Below are positions 27,238 to 37,110 of a stretch of 52,465 nt of DNA, piece by piece; within the stretch, counting starts at the first letter, position 1, and every line of letters begins with the position of its first letter. The stretch comes from a virus (lineage: Duplodnaviria > Caudoviricetes), in IMG/VR virus record IMGVR_UViG_3300045944_000450, positions 1 to 52,465 of that record; one strand, given 5' to 3'. The notes beneath the pieces are model-generated. The model searched no databases. It saw only the letters and a list, made by a program, of their open reading frames with translations, and was not told the DNA's origin. Position numbers and translations under genes: made by a program.

Positions 27238-29195
27238 TGCGTCGTTCCTCGGTTTGACCCTCCCCATAGCTACAGCTAGGGGATTCCCGACGCCACCTCA
27301 CGGTGGCTCTCGTGGCCCAGTCCAGGCCCGGAGGAATGATGCATAGCTATCACACCCATAGCCCATCGTTCCGCCTTACCGACCCGCTTCGCTCGCCACG
27401 GTGTCTAGAGAAGCGCACCGATGCGGTTCAGTTCGGGGTGTTGACAGAGATGTTCACCTGTCTGTTCAACCTATGGCCGCCTGTACGGCAAGTGCTCGTA
27501 GGTCAACAGAGAGGGGCAAACCATCCGACACGGCTGACACAACACGCATGGCAGCAGATTAAGTGTCTGACTCTCTGGCGTTTCACATTTTACGTGGTGG
27601 ACTCCCCACCACAACGCCTTATGCGAAGTATCAAAGAGCTGCTGAAAGTGTAGCACAGTATGCCAAACAGAAACAGTAAACAAAGCCTAAACAAGCAGCA
27701 CAAAAACCTTAAACAAACCCTATTCGGCCTTCAGCCGAACGCTTCCTTGACCCCATCGCTAAAGCAAGGGGGTTGCGGAAGCGGTTTGCTCGTCCTCCTG
27801 GCGCTGGCGGTGCTCGCCGGCTTCCTCCTGGGACCGCGCCCCGTGCCGGCGCTGCTCTGGTTTTCCAGCGGTGGGGGCGGGGGAAGCGGTGGGGGCGGTG
27901 GCGGGCCAGTGACGGATGCCGACATTCCTGACCTCAACACGCTCTCGACGGGCCTGACAGGCGGGCGCTGCGTGGAAACGGATGCCCTCGGCTTTCTGAC
28001 CACTACAGCCGCGGCCTGTGGTGTGGGGGGGAGCAGTGGCGCAGGCGAGGTGATCGAGATCACCACGACGTATACCGTACCTGCGAGTGACTTTGTGGGA
28101 TCGAAGACGCTCGCGGTCAGCGCGGGAGCTTTTACGATCACCCTCACGTCTGTTGCCTCCCAGCCGGGCATGGGCACCTTTATTACGATTATTAATTATA
28201 GCGATGGCCCCGTAACCATTGCTCCAGATGGGCAGACCATCAACGAGGACATTACACCACTTGTCCTCCCTGGCTCAACCCCGCAAGCACCAAGTTCGGC
28301 ACGGATCGTCTCCACGGGGACAGCCTACATTGCCAGTCTCGCGGGACAAGATTTGCCGCTGAGTAAACTGCCCATCATTGAGAGCCAGACATTGCTTGGC
28401 CGTACGACGGGTGGCACAGGATCGACGGAAGTCCTGACCACGCCGCAAGTCAAGACTATGCTGGCCATTGACCAGGTGGATAATACCTCTGATGCGGCCA
28501 AACTGAGTGCAGTGGGTGTCTTAACCAATAAGCTGGTGCTCGACCGGGTCGTGACTCCGACCGTTGCCAGCAATACCATCACGCCCGACCTGGATCTTGG
28601 CGATGTTTTTACTCTTGATGCGATCTCCGCCAACCTCACCATCGATGCGCCCATCGGCACCGGGGGCAAGCCGTTTAACGAAGAGTGGATCATCTTTCGC
28701 TTCAAAAGCTCGACGCCTCGCACGCTCACTTGGAACGCCATCTTTACCGCTGAACATGGCATCCCCCTGCCCACGGCAACGACCGGCGATGGCACAACGG
28801 TGGACCGCATCAAATTCGTCTACAACTCGACTACAACGAAGTGGGGGCTGGTCGCTTCAACGATTGCGGTCATTCGGGACGTGACGACCTTGGCCTCTGG
28901 GACCACGTATACCTGTAATGCGGACCTCGCGTCCGCCTGTGAGATGCAGATGACGGGAGCCGCCGGCACACTCACCATTGCCGCGCCGACCGGCACGCCC
29001 AGGAATGGCCAGCAACTCATGTTCAGGATGCTGTGTACCAATGCCCAGTCTCTTAGTTTAAGTAGTATATTCATTGGGAGCCCAAACGTGCTTATTGGTA
29101 GCCTCATGTGCCCGGCAGACCTAACCAAGTGGTATGCCATTGGCGCTATTTATAGTTCTGTTTTGAATAAATGGCAAATTTACGCAACTAACTAG
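27237..29195 (+). pseudogene. Signal-peptide-bearing tail-fibre-like gene interrupted after codon 5 by an IS200/IS605-type element
   Basis: Coupled ATG 27237 (MRRSSV) is in frame with LVLLALAVLAGFLLGPRPVPA resuming at ~27789; poly-Gly linker; two tandem C-terminal LTI.AP.GT...FR repeats. Confidence 0.75.
27254..27787 (-). mobile_element. Non-autonomous IS200/IS605-family element with no recognisable tnpA/tnpB; the ~27787 boundary is uncertain by about 3 nt
   Basis: Related subterminal hairpins at both ends (CCCCATAGCTACAGCTAGGGG and CCCCATCGCTAAAGCAAGGGG); - strand ends GGAATCCCC...GGGGAGGGTCAA; removal of 531 or 534 bp restores the host frame. Confidence 0.78.
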
Positions 29196-29230
29196 TACTA
29201 ATTTTATTTGTTCCTTAGAAGGGAGGCTCT

Positions 29231-29764
29231 ATGCGGCTTCGTGTATGTGTCGTTCTCCTGGGAGCACTCGTAGGAGTTCTGCCTACCCTGGGATGGGCTG
29301 AGTGTACCAGCGCACAAATTTTCACCGAGCTTTCGACTGATCCCCAAACACTCGGCTATGCCACCGCCTATGGTCAACCTATTACGCAGAACAGCAGCGG
29401 GAATGATCAGGCGGTGCTTGAGGTGATTAACCTGATTCGCCAGGGTGCGGCGTATCAAATCCAGCGCACGCTCGTCCCCGCGTATGAAGTGGCGGCGCAG
29501 ATGGACCCAGCGGAATTTAATGCCCTCACCAGCGTCAAGCAGCAGCAACTGGTCGCGCTGTATGCACCGCTCCAAGTCGATCTCTCTAGTACACGCATTC
29601 GGGATATTCTGTTTAATGGCACCACACCGATCTTTCCCAATCCCGGGGCCACCAAAAACAATATCCAGGCCATTGTGAAACGTCCAGGGTCCCGGGCAGA
29701 AGTCCTCTGTGGACGCATGCTCACCCTTGCTGATATTTCTCTTGCGATAAGGAACACCCAATAA
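29231..29764 (+). CDS. Putative exported protein
   Basis: GGGAGG RBS; MRLRVCVVLLGALVGVLPTLGWA leader. Confidence 0.8.
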   Translation: MRLRVCVVLLGALVGVLPTLGWAECTSAQIFTELSTDPQTLGYATAYGQPITQNSSGNDQAVLEVINLIRQGAAYQIQRTLVPAYEVAAQMDPAEFNALTSVKQQQLVALYAPLQVDLSSTRIRDILFNGTTPIFPNPGATKNNIQAIVKRPGSRAEVLCGRMLTLADISLAIRNTQ

Positions 29765-30273
29765 TGCAACGAGTTGTGTTCCTCTTTATGCTCTGGCTTG
29801 TCGCAGGTGTCCCGTGTGCGCAGGCGGTCAGCCTTCAGTACGCCATTGGCTCGTCGACGACGCTGCTCTCGACCGATCTCAATGCTCTTGCCAACAACGG
29901 CTACAGCGTGCCCTCCGCCACCTACGACAATACCATCGGTCAAGCAGGCAACGGGGCTACCCTGTGTCGCTTTGAACTCTTCGTCACCTTTGCGGCCAAT
30001 CCCACGGCGAACACGGCGGTCGTGGTGTGGCTCCAACGTTCCTATGATGGCACGAACTTTGAGTCTGCCCCCTCCAGTTCTATTGGTGCGGGCGCCTCTC
30101 TTCAACTCTCATTTCCGGTGAACAGTGGCATGACCGCGACACGTGGCGTTATCGACACCCCGTGCCCTCCAGGCAAATTTAAAGCCTCCCTCAAAAATGA
30201 TGGAACAGGGCAGGCGTTTACCGCGAGTGGCCATACGCTGAAAGTGACGCCCGTCACGCTCCAGGGGAACTAG
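29764..30273 (+). CDS. Putative exported beta-sandwich protein
   Basis: TAATG coupling; MQRVVFLFMLWLVAGVPCAQA leader. Confidence 0.8.
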   Translation: MQRVVFLFMLWLVAGVPCAQAVSLQYAIGSSTTLLSTDLNALANNGYSVPSATYDNTIGQAGNGATLCRFELFVTFAANPTANTAVVVWLQRSYDGTNFESAPSSSIGAGASLQLSFPVNSGMTATRGVIDTPCPPGKFKASLKNDGTGQAFTASGHTLKVTPVTLQGN

Positions 30274-30275
30274 CG

Positions 30276-31190
30276 ATGCGTCGAGGTCTCTGTGTCGTAG
30301 TGCTGCTGTGGCTGTGTACGCTCGCGGCCGCCCAGACGTTCCAGACCCCAGGACTCCGCCCTGGTCCTGTCGACTTACAGCGCCCCGTCAACCTCCAGCA
30401 TCCTCTTGCCCAGGGACTTGTCGATTGGTGGCGCGTCGTGCGACCGCTCACCGGAGGGCAGTCCTGGAAAAGTCTGACGTCCGGGACGACTGGCGTGCTC
30501 ATCAACATGACCACGCTTGACACCACGGGCTTCACGTATTCCACGAGAGCCCCTGGCGCAGAGGGTGAGCTACGGTTCAATGGCACCAACAGTCATGTCA
30601 CGGTGCATACAGGGACCTTCGTGGGCAATCTTGCAGCATTTTCTGTCGTTGTAGGCTTTCGTACCACCACCACCGCTAGAAGTGTCCTCTATCAAGAGCG
30701 TCATGCCACGAACGGTTGGACCATCTTTATGGCGGTCAATGAAGATACCGCAGGCGACCTTACCTGCATAGTCAACGATGACGCCTCCGTGATTGGTACG
30801 CTCCAAATATCTGGCGGGAGTCCTGCGGTGAATGACGGCAAGTTCCATTATGCGGCCTTTGTCCAGACCTCCAAATCCGCCAGGGAACTCTTTTTTGATG
30901 GCGTGTCCGTCTCGACCAATAGTACGACCATCGGCACGATTACCATGTCCCAACGCGCCTTTGGTTCACGTCCGGCTGGGTCAGCCCTCTTCCTCAACGG
31001 TGCCATCAGTGAGGTGATGGTGTACAACCGTGCCCTCTCCGCCCTCGAAGCGCGGATGCTCTATGATTCAGCGCTCCAAGGCCATCCGCGCCTGCTCAAT
31101 CGTCCCTCACCATTCCAGGCGTGGATGGATGTGCTCTTCCGACAATCGCAGGGGAAGCTCTGGCCCTTCTTTCTGACACCGCCACAGTAA
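30276..31190 (+). CDS. LamG/concanavalin A-like lectin domain protein with signal peptide
   Basis: MRRGLCVVVLLWLCTLAAA leader; LRFNGTNSHV, VNDGKFHYAAF, LFFDG, LNGAISEVMVYNRALS. Confidence 0.85.
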   Translation: MRRGLCVVVLLWLCTLAAAQTFQTPGLRPGPVDLQRPVNLQHPLAQGLVDWWRVVRPLTGGQSWKSLTSGTTGVLINMTTLDTTGFTYSTRAPGAEGELRFNGTNSHVTVHTGTFVGNLAAFSVVVGFRTTTTARSVLYQERHATNGWTIFMAVNEDTAGDLTCIVNDDASVIGTLQISGGSPAVNDGKFHYAAFVQTSKSARELFFDGVSVSTNSTTIGTITMSQRAFGSRPAGSALFLNGAISEVMVYNRALSALEARMLYDSALQGHPRLLNRPSPFQAWMDVLFRQSQGKLWPFFLTPPQ

Positions 31191-31205
31191 GTAGGAGCAT
31201 GAGTT

Positions 31206-34200
31206 ATGGTGAAATGTGTGCTGGGATGTATGCTGGTCCTCTTCATCTGGACGATTCCTGGAGAAGCCTTTGACTATTATATCTCCCTCACGGGGAGTGA
31301 CACCGCCTTTAATTGTGTAGACTCCAGGAATCGTATTGATCGCCCCAAACGCAACTTTCATGGAGCGAATGGGGCGATTGCCTGTCTCGTGGCCGGCGAC
31401 AGACTCTATGTCCGTGGCGGAAACTGGGGACCAAACGATTATATTAATGGCCAATCCTCCCCCATTCTCAAAAGTGGGACCTCCTGGACCAATGCGATTA
31501 CGATTGAAGGCTATCCTGGCGAAACCGCTGTACTCAAACCTGGCACAGCCGTAACAACCGTCGTCAATATTCCCAGTCAATCCTACATCATCGTGAAGAA
31601 CCTGCGCCTGGATGCGACCAACGCTGCTCATGGCACGGATTGTAGCAGTGGCACCTGTCAGAGCTACGGTACGGCGATCTCCATGGGCTCGCCTGGTGGG
31701 GGGCATCACATCCGCATTGAGAACTGTGATGTGGGTCCTGCCTTTTCGACCGTCATGTTTCTCACCAATGATAGCGAGGTCATCAATAGCAAACTCCATG
31801 ATTCAACGCGGAGCTACGGGATTTATGCCCCATGCGCACGTTGCATTATTGACGGGAATGAATTTTATAACAATCATGGCCATGGCATTCAGCTCTATTC
31901 TGCCTCCGATAAGACGCCTACACACGATTCCATTATCCGCAATAACATCGTGTACAACAATGGTTCTACCGAGCGGGGGATTCCTGCGATAACGGTTGGC
32001 ACGGGGGACCGTATTAAAATTTATAATAACCTCGTGTATAACCATGCCTATAGTGGGGGCATATACATTGGAACGAATACCCCTGTGAAGGATGTGGAAG
32101 TCTATAATAATACGATTTATAACAATAATGGCTCAGGCATCAAACTGGGCGACAGGTCAACGGGAGCCAAACTCTACAATAATATTAGCTACAACAATTC
32201 TGTCAGTATTGAAAACTCGGGGAGTGCGGGCGCCACGACTGGCACGAATCTCTGTCAGCATGCCCAATTTGGCTGTACGATTGTAGCCAATCCGCTGTTT
32301 GTTAATCCTACTGCCACGCCGCCCAACTTACAGTTGCAGTCTGGAAGTCCTGCCAAAGATGCAGGCACCACCCTTGCGCTTGTCACAACGGACTTTGCAG
32401 GACCACCAAACTATACCAGTGTGCCACGGCCTCAACCCCAGACGGCTGCTGGCAAATATGATATTGGGGCCTATGAGATTGTCCAGGCAACGGGACCTGT
32501 CGCGAATACCAATCCGATCTATGTTGCCAAGACAGGCTCGGATAGTAACAATTGCTTTGCCGCTGAGAGTCAGAGCACTCCCAAGCTGACCATCGGCAGT
32601 GCCCTCAGTTGTATGACGGTTGCTGGCAAAAAACTCTACATCAAAGCAGGTACCTACGTTGAGGCACTCAACAGCCCTATCACTGGTGGCGCCAGTTGGA
32701 ATGCTCCCACGGTCATCAGTGCCTTTGACACGGATGTGGTGATGATCCAGCCCGCTTCGGGCAGTGCCGTGCTCACGCTCAATGGGACCAGCACCAACAT
32801 CTATAAATACACTTCCTTTGAAAAACTCATCTTTGATGCGACCAACACGGATGCAGGGATCGTGCAAGGTCCAGCAGCTTTTGTGTCCTTTATTCGCTAC
32901 CTGAATGGCCAGGTGCGGAATGCGGCCGTCGGTAGTGGCATCAGCGGGCTGCATGCGGGCTCTGAACTGGTAGGCATGTATGTCCATCATAATGCGACCA
33001 ATGGCCTCGCGTTTTGCGGCCAGGGTGTCACCATTCGTGACTCAGAGATGTCGTTCAATGGTAGCTACGGGATTCAACTCTATGACCCTGGCACACCAGG
33101 CTGTGCCACCAATACCGCTATCTTTAAGAACCGCATCCATGATAATCAGAGCAACGGTGGCGTCCTCCTGGGGGGTGGGGATAACGTCCAATTTTACAAC
33201 AATCTCGTCTACGGGAATGTGGGCGGGGGCATCAAACCCGTGCGCTATGGCCCGCCGACGAACGTGAAGATTTACAACAATACGATCTACAACAATACGG
33301 CTGATGGGATCATCGTGGCTGGAGATGCCACGGGCACGGAACTAGTCAATAATATCCTCTACCTCAATCCTGTGGCGATTACGGACAGCGGTGTAGGGAC
33401 CATTATGACCACGAATCTCTGCGGAGCGCCTGGCGTAGGCTGCGAGAAGGTGGGTGATCCACTCTTTGTCAACGCTGGTGCTGGCAACTTTCAACTGCAA
33501 GCGCTCTCGCCTGCTCGCAATGCAGGTACGACCAAAACACTCGTGGCAACCGACTTTGCTGGCGTAGCTCGTCCACAACCACCGAGTCCGACTGGCAAAT
33601 ATGACATCGGGGCGCATGAGTTTGTCGAAGAGATACCGCCAGAAGAGGGGAATACGAATACCATTTATGTTGCGAAGACTGGCACTGATAGCACCGCAAC
33701 TGGTCATTGTATTGTCGCTGAGAGCGAGTCCACTCCCAAGTTGACTATTGCCAATGCCTTGTTGTGCATGACGGTCCCTGGCAAGAAACTCATGATTAAA
33801 ACGGGCACCTACGTAGAGAACATCGAAACCAAAACGCAACCGATTACTGGGGGGAATGGTCCCTCGTACACGGATGCCACGACGATCCAGGCGTTTGGCT
33901 CAGATATTGTGACGATTCAACTCCCCGCAGGCGGTGCGGCGGGCATCGCACTCTTTCTCAACAATAGTGATCATCATCTGCTCTTTAAAAACCTTATTTT
34001 TGATAGCGCGAATAAGGCGTCGAGCAACGTGATCGCTCTTATGCCTGGAACGCACCATATTCGCTTTGAAGGATGTGAGGGTAAGAATACCCTCACAGGT
34101 TTTGAAGTTGTCTTTATTAATCAGGCCAACAACATCGAGTTCGTCCACAGCACCTTCCACCATAGTGCCACCGATGCCATTTTCCTCAAAGGGCCCCTTG

Positions 34201-34811
34201 ATGGCTTTTTGTGTGAATACTGCACCATTCACAGCGCGGGCGATGCCGGGATTTCCTGGAATAGCACGGGGGTCAAAACCAATATCGTACTCCGGGAAAC
34301 CGTGGTGAACGGCAACACGGCGGAGGGTATTGATGCTGCGACTAGCACCGGGGCACTCATCCAGAACGCGCTGGTCTACGCCAACGGTGGGATTGGCGTG
34401 CGCATGCGCACCGGGGCGAACAACCTGAAGCTCTATAACAGCTCGGTGCATGGCAATACGGGCGTGGGCGTGCAGTGCGATGCCGGGTCCACGGGCGTCG
34501 AAATTAAAAATGTCATTTCCTACGCCAACGCCACCAACATTGTGAACAACTGTGGTGCCACCACGGCAACGAATTACACGACGGATCCCCTATTTATCAA
34601 TCCTGGCGCCGGCAATTTCCGTCTCTCCAACGGCTCAGGCGCGATTAACACGGGGACGCCACTGCCAGGGTTGACGATTGATCTGGACGGCGCAGTGCGT
34701 CCCCAGGGGACCTACGATATCGGGGCCTATGAGCGCGATCAACTCACGCCACCCACGCAGGACGTGATTGCGCTACGGCGGGCGTTCTGGCAGATGGAGC
34801 TTCTGTACTGA
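31206..34811 (+). CDS. 1201-aa protein with three tandem right-handed beta-helix modules and a signal peptide
   Basis: MVKCVLGCMLVLFIWTIPGEA leader; three units, each opening Y(I/V)xxTGxD and closing PLF(V/I)N...RPQ...YDIGA(Y/H)E; NNxxYNN ladders. Confidence 0.85.
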   Translation: MVKCVLGCMLVLFIWTIPGEAFDYYISLTGSDTAFNCVDSRNRIDRPKRNFHGANGAIACLVAGDRLYVRGGNWGPNDYINGQSSPILKSGTSWTNAITIEGYPGETAVLKPGTAVTTVVNIPSQSYIIVKNLRLDATNAAHGTDCSSGTCQSYGTAISMGSPGGGHHIRIENCDVGPAFSTVMFLTNDSEVINSKLHDSTRSYGIYAPCARCIIDGNEFYNNHGHGIQLYSASDKTPTHDSIIRNNIVYNNGSTERGIPAITVGTGDRIKIYNNLVYNHAYSGGIYIGTNTPVKDVEVYNNTIYNNNGSGIKLGDRSTGAKLYNNISYNNSVSIENSGSAGATTGTNLCQHAQFGCTIVANPLFVNPTATPPNLQLQSGSPAKDAGTTLALVTTDFAGPPNYTSVPRPQPQTAAGKYDIGAYEIVQATGPVANTNPIYVAKTGSDSNNCFAAESQSTPKLTIGSALSCMTVAGKKLYIKAGTYVEALNSPITGGASWNAPTVISAFDTDVVMIQPASGSAVLTLNGTSTNIYKYTSFEKLIFDATNTDAGIVQGPAAFVSFIRYLNGQVRNAAVGSGISGLHAGSELVGMYVHHNATNGLAFCGQGVTIRDSEMSFNGSYGIQLYDPGTPGCATNTAIFKNRIHDNQSNGGVLLGGGDNVQFYNNLVYGNVGGGIKPVRYGPPTNVKIYNNTIYNNTADGIIVAGDATGTELVNNILYLNPVAITDSGVGTIMTTNLCGAPGVGCEKVGDPLFVNAGAGNFQLQALSPARNAGTTKTLVATDFAGVARPQPPSPTGKYDIGAHEFVEEIPPEEGNTNTIYVAKTGTDSTATGHCIVAESESTPKLTIANALLCMTVPGKKLMIKTGTYVENIETKTQPITGGNGPSYTDATTIQAFGSDIVTIQLPAGGAAGIALFLNNSDHHLLFKNLIFDSANKASSNVIALMPGTHHIRFEGCEGKNTLTGFEVVFINQANNIEFVHSTFHHSATDAIFLKGPLDGFLCEYCTIHSAGDAGISWNSTGVKTNIVLRETVVNGNTAEGIDAATSTGALIQNALVYANGGIGVRMRTGANNLKLYNSSVHGNTGVGVQCDAGSTGVEIKNVISYANATNIVNNCGATTATNYTTDPLFINPGAGNFRLSNGSGAINTGTPLPGLTIDLDGAVRPQGTYDIGAYERDQLTPPTQDVIALRRAFWQMELLY

Positions 34812-35215
34812 TGGCTGCCACCCCTCCGCCCCCACCCCCCCGCAATGGCAATGGCCGCGAAAGCTTGCACGTCAGCCTGGGCAGTAAAACGGTCGGCATC
34901 CAGGCCGCGTCGCTGACGACGGTGTTACTCTTGATCGCGGGCTGCGTTGGAGGCTACCTCATTTATACCGCGATGGATCACCGCCTCGAAGCCATCCTGG
35001 CTGGGCAAGCCCGCACGCAAGTGGTGCTGGAAGCCAATCGCGCGACGATTCTCGACGCCCTGCACGCGCAACAAGCGTTTATCGTCGACCAAGCGCACCA
35101 GGGACGCCAGCGGCACGAGCAGCAGGCCGAGCTGTTGCGGCGGCTCGTGCTGATTCTCGAACTGCCGCCGGAGGTGCTCGGGGGCGCCACGCCGCTACGC
35201 CCGCCAGGGCCGTAG
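34811..35215 (+). CDS. Single-TM coiled-coil protein, possibly holin-like
   Basis: TGATG coupling; hydrophobic segment LTTVLLLIAGCVGGYLIY; last gene of the late operon. Confidence 0.55.
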   Translation: MAATPPPPPPRNGNGRESLHVSLGSKTVGIQAASLTTVLLLIAGCVGGYLIYTAMDHRLEAILAGQARTQVVLEANRATILDALHAQQAFIVDQAHQGRQRHEQQAELLRRLVLILELPPEVLGGATPLRPPGP

Positions 35216-35218
35216 GTG

Positions 35219-35501
35219 TCAGATAGTCTCGCCCCCGCCGGTAAAGTCAGGCAGCCCATCCCCATCGAGACAGTGCCACAGGTGCAGCACCTCATGGATA
35301 TTGACATGGTTGCTCCGGGGCGGCATGACCTGAATGGCCTGGCGGTCGCCGCCAATAAACAGCTCTTTGACCTCGCTCATCTGTGGCCAGGACGGGAGTT
35401 GGCCGCCACGCAGGGACACGCTGACATGGAGCCATCGGCGGGCGTCAGCATACTGCGCACAGGACACCAAGACGCGCAAGCGTTCATACTTCGCATAGGC
35501 T
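35219..35501 (-). pseudogene. 3' part of a conserved phage gene disrupted by the transposon
   Basis: WLHVSVS...PSW...HVNIH..LHLW; joins in frame to 39392-39552 across the TSD, giving 144 aa. Confidence 0.85.
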
Positions 35502-35619
35502 GGCTTTGCACAAAAAGTCCCTCTTGCACCAAAACGCGGCATTCTGCACCAAAAGTCGGAAACGGTTTGCCATAGGAGATATAGATTGAGATATAACTAT
35601 TTCCAATAAATAGCGTATG

Positions 35620-37110
35620 TTACAAAGGCAGGACTATTTGATCGTTAGGAATAATTGTTTGTGCTGCACTGAGCACTTCAAGACTCATAGGGATTTCTAA
35701 GCGTTTGCGGTCTTCTACTATCTCTTTTATTGTTACGATACTTATCTTGTCATAACTTCGTCCCATATCTTCGTGCTTATATTGGCCGGCACCTTTGGCT
35801 TCGCTCATCATAGGACGTGTAGGAGCTTCTAAAGTTATGAGAACTGCCATGGCCGCTTCCTCTCGCTCCATATCGCCCCGAAGTGTAGCAATATCGCCGC
35901 GCTTAACCCCTCCAGATTTGACTTGAAAGATGATCTTTGCATTGTCCGTCCTACCAGTCTTGAAAAAAGCACGCGCGTCAATACCTGCATCGGCACCTTT
36001 CTTTTCATTGATGATTGCACGGTTATTTGTGTAAGTAAGTACAGCCCATTTTTCAAATTCTTTGCGTAGTCGGTCATCTTGCTTGTGTGCGAGGGCTTGT
36101 GCGGAAGCCATATCGCGCGGAATGCCGTCAGTGCGTATGTGCGCCAATACGTCTTTACCAAAAGATGCTTCAAGCCGCCTAAGCACCAGTGAAATAGACT
36201 GATAAGTAATATCTATACCTATCCATTTGCGCTTCAAATTCTCGGCGACAACAACAGTCGTTCCACATCCACAATAGGCATCTAAAATAAGATCGCCTTT
36301 GTTTGTGGATGCCCTAATAATGCGCTCTAACAAGGTAGTCGGTTTTTCCGTTGGGTAGAGTTGCTTGATCGGAGGAACGCGGCTGATGTCCCACACATCG
36401 TCCATTGCTACACCAACTGACTCGCCTTCCATTTGCGATGGCTGACGCTGTCCTCTAGAATCATGACTGGATATGATTTTTGCATTCCCGAACCGTTTTT
36501 TCGTGGCGGGAGAGCGCTCCACAAAGAGCGTGTTAAATACGCGCTCAGAGTCGTCGGATTTGCTGTAGAAGAAAATAACATCGTGGTTGCGCACGAATTG
36601 ACGCTGAATAATGGACCACTTGAGATAATGCCAGATGATCTCGTTACGAAAATCTCCGCCGGTCGTGACAAAGATGGAATCTAATATGAGTTTGAGATAG
36701 TGGCTTGCGGTAGGGTCGCAATGCAGGTAGAAACTGCCGGTCGGCTTCAAGACGCGATGAATCTCTGTCAAACGCAATGACATACTTACGAGATACGCTA
36801 GTAAACTGCCTTCACGCAAGACGCTGTGCAATCCTTTTATAAGCTCTACCAATTGAGCCTGAAAGCGTCCCTCGGCATTATCTATAATCTCACTATACCC
36901 AGTATTAGCATGATCATCCCACAGCCAGGTATCAATAAAAGCTTGTGCCTGGGCACGGTCTTCATTACCAATATTGTTATAGATTTGATTGTAATTTCGT
37001 TTGGAATTGAATGGTGGATCAATATAGCACAGGTCTATTGATTCATCCCTGATATACCTGCGCAAGACATCAAGATTGTCACCATAATACAGACGGTTGG
37101 TGCTTGGCAT
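35620..37110 (-). CDS. N6A/N4C DNA methyltransferase (beta class) fused to an Mrr-like nuclease domain
   Basis: GDNL, YIDPPF, YPTEKP..LLERII, DAYCGCGTT; C-terminal FEKWA...DAGID...QVKSG. Confidence 0.9.
   Translation of the reverse strand: MPSTNRLYYGDNLDVLRRYIRDESIDLCYIDPPFNSKRNYNQIYNNIGNEDRAQAQAFIDTWLWDDHANTGYSEIIDNAEGRFQAQLVELIKGLHSVLREGSLLAYLVSMSLRLTEIHRVLKPTGSFYLHCDPTASHYLKLILDSIFVTTGGDFRNEIIWHYLKWSIIQRQFVRNHDVIFFYSKSDDSERVFNTLFVERSPATKKRFGNAKIISSHDSRGQRQPSQMEGESVGVAMDDVWDISRVPPIKQLYPTEKPTTLLERIIRASTNKGDLILDAYCGCGTTVVVAENLKRKWIGIDITYQSISLVLRRLEASFGKDVLAHIRTDGIPRDMASAQALAHKQDDRLRKEFEKWAVLTYTNNRAIINEKKGADAGIDARAFFKTGRTDNAKIIFQVKSGGVKRGDIATLRGDMEREEAAMAVLITLEAPTRPMMSEAKGAGQYKHEDMGRSYDKISIVTIKEIVEDRKRLEIPMSLEVLSAAQTIIPNDQIVLPL

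Noticed and set aside
27303-27683. ORFs 27303-27653 (+) and 27471-27683 (-) as tnpA/tnpB
   Set aside because: No HUH, RuvC or zinc-ribbon motifs and no RBS; probably spurious
27254-27787. Group I intron (IStron) that splices out of the tail gene
   Set aside because: No P7/catalytic core motifs recognised, and the IS-type ends are antisense to the host gene; not fully excluded without Infernal
27250-27788. CGGTTTG at both element ends as a target-site duplication
   Set aside because: The copies are 532 bp apart, so removal would not restore the frame, and IS200/IS605 elements do not make TSDs
22957-35215. Diversity-generating retroelement acting on tail genes, as in BPP-1-like phages
   Set aside because: No reverse transcriptase ORF in the window, and the internal repeats of 31206-34811 differ at all bases rather than only at adenines
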